A stretch of 64,000 nt of DNA from Amoebidium appalachense (lineage: Eukaryota; Protista; Ichthyosporea), in contig CAVNZM010000004.1 in NCBI GenBank assembly GCA_963693365.1, positions 11,374,468 to 11,438,467 on the forward strand, in the 5' to 3' direction. Below the pieces are notes generated by a model. That model was not told where the DNA came from. It ran no database searches and saw only the letters and a list, made by a program, of their open reading frames with translations. This document shows, piece by piece, positions 39,041 to 64,000 of the stretch. The position numbers and the translations under genes are program-made. Numbering within the stretch: position 1 is the stretch's first letter; every line of letters starts with the position of its first letter.

Positions 39041-39470
39041 GGTCGTGCCACATTCTACGTCACCAGGTTCGTGCCAACTTATTTGGTGCCAAATTTAGGT
39101 GCTACCCTCAATTCCCAAGCTCCTAGGGTGTGACGTAATATTTGGCACGAAATTTATTTGGCACGAGCCTGCAAAACGGTGAAAATGGGGCAGGATGTCG
39201 CCCAGGCACCGACAGGGACTTGGGCGGGATACCCCGGGATGTGCTCCGCTAGCGGGTTGGTGCCAAATAAATTCGTGCCACATTTTACGAAAAGGTAGCC
39301 CTACGTGTCGTAACGAGAAAACTCTGCCAAGGGGTATTTATGATTGGTCCAGATCGAATCCGGTTCGATCAGATTAGCCATATAAGGAAACTGGAAAAAC
39401 TGAAACCGTTTTTACGAAAAGGTAGCCCTACGTCACCAGGTTCGTTTTGGTGCCAAATTTATTTGGGGCA
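39041..39470. mobile_element. Cluster of MITE-like terminal/subterminal repeats (motif TCGTGCCAAATAAATT...GTGCCA) in both orientations
   Basis: 39065-39170 is bounded by ~33-bp imperfect inverted repeats (AGGTTCGTGCCAACTTATTTGGTGCCAAATTTA ... TAATATTTGGCACGAAATTTATTTGGCACGAGCCT). Further copies at ~39255-39285 and ~39428-39465. TTTTACGAAAAGGTAGCCCTACGT is directly repeated at ~39283 and ~39410. No TSD found. Confidence 0.5.
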
Positions 39471-39756
39471 TAAATGAGTCGGTTCGAACTATTATGGGTC
39501 GAATCAGCTCGAATCGTTCCTGACCCGTTTTCTTGTGGCTCATCGTTTGTGGCGTCTGATTCGCGAGGAATAAACTCGAAAGGCGGGCTAAGCAAGACCA
39601 CGTCGCGGCCACATGCGGGTGGCCTGTTGAACGGGCAGTCACAGCCTGGACTGGCAGTTGACAGGTGTGACACAGCGCTAGCAAGGCTTCAGCCTGAGGC
39701 TCATATAAAAACAGACAACACCCTTTAATGCTCGATCATAACTGACAGTACATATT

Positions 39757-40017
39757 TTGTGTGAGCATGGGTTACAAACATGCTCGCGTCCGCATTGGAC
39801 GTGGGCAAGGCCATTGGGCTTTGACACGTTCGGTGGGTTGCCCGCCAAGGGCTGCAGCTGTAATAGAAACAGTAAGGATAGAACCCGTTTTTTTCACGGT
39901 GGTTTTAAGAACGGCGGGGGAAGAGTGCAGGCATACGACGGGCATGAGCGTTGCATATGCGCAAAGAACAAGCGGGCATGCACCCAGGCATGCAGGTGTG
40001 AGAATTGTGGCAACAGG
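39757..40017 (+). pseudogene. Orphan exon encoding a degenerate CXC/CRC (tesmin-like) cysteine cluster; possibly a DNA-transposon or gene remnant
   Basis: KGCSC...RCICAKNKRACTQACRCENCGN, ending at a good donor AG|GTGAGC. No flanking exons could be linked. Confidence 0.45.
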
Positions 40018-40301
40018 TGAGCCGTATGATATGCATTTGTTACTTTTCTTCTTTTCATCCTCTATTTGCCCACACTTGGTACTTTATGGTCGAAACCTTA
40101 ATGGGGGGGGTTTACGCTGTTTACTCGAGGCAAAGAGAACCAGTCTCAGGTATGGGGGGGGGGGTTTTGCTCGGAATATCCCCTCAGCGGTATATCATGA
40201 TCACGTACATAGATGTCGGGTGGTGACTATATATCAGGGTTTACTTTCTCTACGAGACACCATAAAGACTACAAGGAGAAATCAATTAGTTGGGGTTCCC
40301 C

Positions 40302-40340
<39 letters not shown>

Positions 40341-40373
40341 GGGCTCCCCTCGGGACACTCGGTATCAGCTGGT

Positions 40374-40425
<52 letters not shown>

Positions 40426-40445
40426 TGTGTGTGTGTGCGCGTGCG

Positions 40446-43400
40446 CTATAATTTTGTAGTGATGTGTTTCTCAAGCCAATCAATACATCTAATAAACAGG
40501 TCGTAGTTACGCGTGTTTAGTATAAAATCAAGGATGTTGTAATTTACAGGTAGGCTATCTTTCTGGGTGTCTGTTGTGAATGTGACGTGTGTGTGTTGCG
40601 GTATTATGTGGTCTATCAAACTACATTTGGCGATACATGACCGGTTAAACTGGTGTGTGTGTGTGTTGTTTGGGCATGCAAATGATGCCACCTTATACTT
40701 ATTAGATCTCCACTGTATAGCACGTGTACAGTAAAAGCGTGGTAATTGATCAATAATACCATCAGCTAGAGAAAGACCAGTTCTACAGGAAGGTAATATG
40801 TATTTAGGTGTTATACACTTGCGAGTGCCATATTTGGCAATATGGTTGAGGCGGTCAGTATATATAAAACGAGACATAAGGCTTAGTTTTTCAAGGTGTA
40901 TGCTTTCATCGGGTCTAGTGTCGTGTGGTATCTTTTTCCATTTGTTATATTGCGTGATTATCTTGTGATTGTGTACATGTTTAATAAGTAAGTGGCAGTC
41001 CAAAGTCACACACACACTATTGCGGGGTTTATTTGTATTTGTGCCCAGGGGAGAAGGGGAGAGAGAGGGGGAGGAAAGAGGGGAGAGGTGAGGAGGGGAC
41101 AGGTCGGATAGAGAAGAGAGGGTGGGAGGGCAAATACTTCTTTAAGCGGCTTATGTGCTTATTGAATTTCAGCGCGAGATAGGATACTCTAGCAGCTATT
41201 GGGACCAGACCATATATCGAGAGCGTTACAGGCCCAGGTTTACAACAGTTGTTAGATAGAAAGGAGGCAACTTCTGCTTCAAGGAAATTTGCCAAGGGTT
41301 TAAGCGCTCTAGTTCTCTCTTTCTTGATCCAAGCGGCGAGAAGGGGTAAACCATATTCACATGCCGGGAAGACAAAAGTGCGAATAAATGTAAGTCTAAT
41401 AGAAGGATGGAGGGGTGTGTCTTTAAAAATATTAGCCGAGAAGAAAGCTAACCGCTTACGAGCCAACTCTACCCTCTTTTCGACCATATGGGGAAACATA
41501 ACACCAACAGAATCAACCGGAACACCAAGATATTTGTATTCTGGAACTATAGGTACAGGTTTAGATGATAATGTAAATGTGTGTAAATTGTTAGCTATAT
41601 CAGGTACAAGAACACCACATTTGTCTATGTTAAGGATCATAAGGTTTGCCTTGCACCACTCTGACACTACATCGAACAATCTTTGCAGGCGTCTAGGGGT
41701 ACGGGCAAGGAGGGACAGATCATCAGCATAGAGAAGTGCAGGCGGAAAGTTATTAATAGGGTCATCGTTTTCGGCGTAAATCTTGACAGCCAAATCATCT
41801 ATAAATAGGTTAAACAAAAAGGGGCTAAGCAATGAACCCTGCAAGAGACCTCTAGTACGAGCAAAACCATATGAAAGATGCCCATTAACCACAGCTCTAC
41901 CATAGGTTTGAGACAAGAGTGCTTCTAACAGAACACCAATGCAGTGTGGTACACCCCGTGCAGCAAGCTTTTCCCATAGGAGACCAGGGGAGACAGAATC
42001 GTAAGCAGTTTTCCAATCAATAAAGCCAACATATTGTGCACCAACTTGCATAGAATCGTGCAGTGCCATTATTTGAACATAACATGAATTGTTTTTACGA
42101 AAAGCGGATTGGCATGGGTGTATGTGAAGAATAGATTGAAACCTAGGGTGATGTGCAAATAACCTAAGTAAGCAAGCTTCAAAGAATCTACGAACAACCT
42201 GGGTTAGTGTAATGGGGCGAAAGGATGATATGGGGCCCTCAGAGTCCTTCTTAACTATGGGGATCACTAAGGTATCTAACCAAGATGACGGGACATGTCC
42301 ACATTTAACACACCAAGAAAAGAGAGAGCTTAACATGATAGTAAGATCAGGTTTAATAGCACGATCACTTTCCTTTTGTGGGTAGGAGGGAACAAGGATT
42401 TTAAGAAACCCAGCAGGGAGTCCATCAGGTCCACAAGACTTACTAGAGCTATAACTAGATATCACAGACCATATGGCATCGGGACTGAAAAAGGGGAGGA
42501 TCGTTTCTATGGGGATAGATGGGTCTACAGGCCACACAATAGGTTTCTGAGCGGGGGTCCTATCTTTAAACAGTTCCGAGAAATACTTATCAGAGTCTAT
42601 GAGGGGGTCTCCAGTGGTATCACCAATAATACGAGCAGGGGGGCCAAATCGATTCATACTAGCAAGCCGGCGCAAGCTTTCCTTTTGAGACAGGGGTTCA
42701 CCTAGTCTAGCGGGAGTGGTGTTTGGTAACAAGAGAGCATCGGGGTATTCCTTCCTACCACCGCCAGCATAATCACCGAGATCTATCAAATCATCAACAA
42801 TAAAGTTAGTGCATGTATCTAGTACGAGATGTGAATCTGGCCTGGCTTGTGCAGATTCTAATAGGCGCATATATATAGGGTGTTTCGTAGCATAGCATAC
42901 ACATACATCAACTCTACCCCACTGTGACTTAAGCTGGGATAGACGGAGGCGAAAGGTGGGAGGGGGAGGGGGGAGCAGATCAAGGGAGATCTTAGGTAGG
43001 AAAAGGATAGGAGAGTGGTCAGATGACCTAGAGAGGTTAGGAGGGAGAGAGAGTTTTGACATGGTTGATGGCCAAAAGGCCACTCCCCAGTCGGTGTTGT
43101 GGGCATGGGATATTTGAGGGAACCGCAAAGTGTGACTTTGGACATACCTTGCTAAAGGGATAGCACGCTCCGGGGGCTTAGATGGGTACCCGACACTCAC
43201 TTGCAGTGTGTCTGTGTGGTGGAGTCGCGTGTTAAAATCACCTAAAATAACAGTGGACATTGGTAACTGTGACAACTCGTGAGTCAATTCGACAACCGAC
43301 ATAGATGGTGGGTAATATACAAAAGTAAAAACATTAGAAAGAAACACTATAGAAACCGAGAATTCCGTTTTTGCTACCGGTTTGCACTTCACTCTCACGT

Positions 43401-43641
43401 GTGGTGCGGCAAGTACAATAATGCCTCGGTTTTTCGCGTAACCGGGGTGTGTGGATGTGTCGACCAATGTAGAGTTGAATTTGTGGTGGTTTTTAAACTG
43501 TGTTTCGCAAATCACTGTAAACGTGTGGTTGTTTGTCTGTTGTTGTATGTAGCTGATTTTATCGTCGAGTGTCCCGGGGGGGAGGCCCTTTTGGGGGCCC
43601 AGTGTCCGAGCATTCCAGAAGAAGAAGGATAAATTAGGCAT
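40446..43641 (-). CDS. Retrotransposon ORF2 (AP-endonuclease + reverse transcriptase + C-terminal Cys motif), split by a +1 frameshift near 41130-41030
   Basis: APE motifs FWNARTL, ICETQ, VYYPPS, ILGDFN, SDHSPI. RT motifs GPDGLP, FRPITL, QSAFR, DWKTAYDSV, GLLQGSLLSPFLF, LYADDL, YKYLGV. The 870-aa ORF stops at 41029; the +1 frame is open from ~41135 to 40446 and encodes CPNNTHTHQFNRSCIAKC. Confidence 0.88.
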
Positions 43642-44818
43642 CGGTTTGGTCCGACACCTGTGGGGTTGGTTCCCACTTGTCGCTTACGGGGTCGTATGCA
43701 CGACCTTCCGCCAGCGCGAACAGTTCGCAGAAGAGCTCGATTTCCATCTCGCATCGGCGTTTGCGCTCGAGCAGTTTCTCACCAGAAAACATTGGTTCCT
43801 TCGTGTCCGTGTCTATCACGCTCGTAGCATCGTTTTCCAACTTTGCGAGGAACTCTTTTGCCTTGCTGATGCGTACACGACAACGTGTGGCGCACGCATT
43901 CTTAGCAGACACTTTACGTTCTTTGTCTGCTTTCTGAATGTTTTCCGGCGCGCATGGGTCGTAGCTTGGGAGGTGGGTGAAGAAGCTTCCACACCCCTTT
44001 GTCGCGTCACGGATGAACGCACGGTTATAGTCGCCCCGTACTGCTACTTCCAGCACATCGTATCCAATGAAGGACAGACAAAGGATGCGAGAGCACCGGA
44101 AGCCGAGAGCCTTGAAGATGGACCACATGGCCCTGTGTGGGCGTCTGCCGTGCTTGACTTTGAAATACACCCTCTCGTATTTGGGTGGGATGTTGATGTT
44201 ACCGTTTGCTTGGGTGTTCCCCTTAGCCGGCGGTTTGGGAGGGGAGTTGCGGCGGTACTCGTTGCCTGCAAGAATGCTGGCATATGTTTCCTTGGCAATT
44301 TGGCGGAGCTCGGGTGTTTTACGAGAGTTCGCATATTCTAGGAACTCTGCCGGGAGCTGTGCTTCCGGTCCTGTGTTGTTTTGTGTTGGGGTGGAAATGT
44401 CTCCGTCGCGAGATGTTTGCTCATGAGTTTTGGGGTTTTGCGATCCACTAATGTTTAGCTGGGCTGTGAGTGAATCAATGGTGAGCTTGAGTTGGGTATT
44501 TTCTGTTTGGAGTTTTTCTATCATGTTCTTGAGTGGTAACAGCTCATTTAGCTGTTTCTTAACGAGGGCAAGTTCTGCCAGTACTGTATCAACCGAAAGT
44601 TTCGGCATGGTTGTTATTGTGTTTCTACGGAGTGGTGTGGTGTTATTCTGAATGGGTAGTGTATTGTAAATAGGTGTTGCGCTTAGTCTAAGGCGATGTT
44701 TTTCTGGTTGTGCATCTGTGGTAGGTGTATCTGCTGGACGTTTTAATGGTCGCACATGTGTGATGGGTGTAGATGGAACTTTGAAAGAGGTTCTGAAACG
44801 ATTATAGGCATGTGCCAT
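43634..44818 (-). CDS. Retrotransposon ORF1 (coiled coil plus putative RNA-binding domain, no CCHC knuckle)
   Basis: 394-aa intronless ORF directly upstream of ORF2, overlapping it by 8 nt (ATGCCTAA). Heptad stretch LAELALVKKQLNELL...IEKLQTENTQLKLTIDSLTAQL. Confidence 0.8.
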   Translation of the reverse strand: MAHAYNRFRTSFKVPSTPITHVRPLKRPADTPTTDAQPEKHRLRLSATPIYNTLPIQNNTTPLRRNTITTMPKLSVDTVLAELALVKKQLNELLPLKNMIEKLQTENTQLKLTIDSLTAQLNISGSQNPKTHEQTSRDGDISTPTQNNTGPEAQLPAEFLEYANSRKTPELRQIAKETYASILAGNEYRRNSPPKPPAKGNTQANGNINIPPKYERVYFKVKHGRRPHRAMWSIFKALGFRCSRILCLSFIGYDVLEVAVRGDYNRAFIRDATKGCGSFFTHLPSYDPCAPENIQKADKERKVSAKNACATRCRVRISKAKEFLAKLENDATSVIDTDTKEPMFSGEKLLERKRRCEMEIELFCELFALAEGRAYDPVSDKWEPTPQVSDQTDA

Positions 44819-45836
44819 GACATGGATGGGGGTGTTCCCCGGCCCTTAGGGCCACGGATGGCCTGGTTTAGGGGTGGATGCGCGAAGGATACTATTTATT
44901 AGCAGATAATAAAGAGCGACATTTGAATCGATGTGTGCGACTGAATCGATGTTGGCCAAATCCAGGTATTTCAAGTTGTCCCTCTCTTTGGGAGAGCACC
45001 GGGAGAGATCTCCAGCGCAATGCATTCGAATTCCTTTCGGGGTCCATATTGTTTTAATGTAAACAGACGTTCCTGAAAATGTTCCCATTTTCAAAATTCA
45101 ATAATAATAATAATCAATAATCAGTTTCAGATTCCTTTAAAACTATAACTTCGAAGCCCATAAATGAATTATTAAAAATGAAAAAATTGCTTTATAGCTC
45201 ATGGTCATGCTGTCTATTTTTATAATTCTATAAACTACGTGGGGTATCGTAAAATGTAGATCCTGGATCTCCTTGGATCTCCATGTTCAACCAATAGTCA
45301 AATAGTATCACGGACATTCTTCACCCTAGAGCAAATAAGCACTCAGAAAGTTTATGTTGTGATCGATGCACAGTGAGTCTTGCACAGTGTCGATACTCGA
45401 TACCAGACTCGATACGCAGCCTTACGCAGCCCCGTGTTTGTTTGAAACTTGGAAGTGTTCGACTACGAGTGTAGGGTTTAGAGACTAATAAACATTTTTT
45501 TTTTACACACGTAACACATTTATTTATAGTAGCCATAGCCGAAGGTGGCCGTGGGACGGTCTCTAGATTGGTCACTTCACACACAAAGAACGTGGGTTTT
45601 AGTACCCTAGACCAGCTTGTTCTGCTGCTGGAACGTATTTTGCACATAGATTATTGCTTTGCTTAATCCTAGGTGAAAATGAGCGTTAGATAACAGTAGG
45701 CTCAGCTCTAGGAGTGACATTGAATTTTTCTATTTCTTCAAGAATTCCAAAACGTACCCGAGCATCTTCGAAAACAGCTACTATTCTAGGACATGCCTGA
45801 GGATGTATTATCAAGTGGAGTGACAGGCCAACGAAC

Positions 45837-63998
<18,162 letters not shown>

Positions 63999-64000
63999 GG

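Larger units (their letters stand above)
40303..44833 (-). mobile_element. Non-LTR (LINE-type) retrotransposon with ORF1 + APE/RT ORF2, 3' (CA)n and poly(A) tail
   Basis: Two overlapping ORFs. Poly(A) tail is the T-run at 40303-40336. Candidate 8-bp TSD GTTCCCCG at 40295-40302 and 44834-44841. The 5' boundary is uncertain and could extend to ~45100. Confidence 0.9.

Noticed and set aside
44820-44880. HDV-like ribozyme at the LINE 5' end
   Set aside because: Only short hairpins are seen; the nested double pseudoknot could not be built.

Overview
Eukaryotic, very intron-rich genomic DNA. The gene content and fungal-like CTAAC branch sites suggest a unicellular opisthokont such as an ichthyosporean; this is inference only. 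Hand-splicing gives three multi-exon genes: (1) a minus-strand PH + RPEL-like + RhoGAP gene of the ARHGAP9/12/15/27 type (~10473->643, 16 exons); (2) head-to-head with it, a full-length animal-type FANCM (13193-37784, ~40 exons: DEAH helicase, MHF-binding region, degenerate ERCC4 domain, HhH2); (3) a type II membrane protein with receptor-L-domain-like repeats (45837 to about the window end). Two tRNA genes, Ala(AGC) and Asp(GTC), lie sense-oriented inside introns. Between FANCM and gene 3 are a small MITE-like inverted-repeat cluster, an orphan CXC-type exon and a near-complete APE/RT non-LTR retrotransposon with one frameshift. Most short ORFs in the supplied track are translations of simple repeats. 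The most striking pattern is in the introns: splice donors are degenerate (including GC donors), many acceptors lack a polypyrimidine tract, and poly(C) tends to start a few nt after the donor while complementary poly(G) tends to lie nearer the acceptor. This polarity follows transcription direction on both strands, suggesting a possible structure-guided splicing code. All gene models were spliced by eye, so boundaries are approximate and homopolymer lengths may be assembly-dependent.
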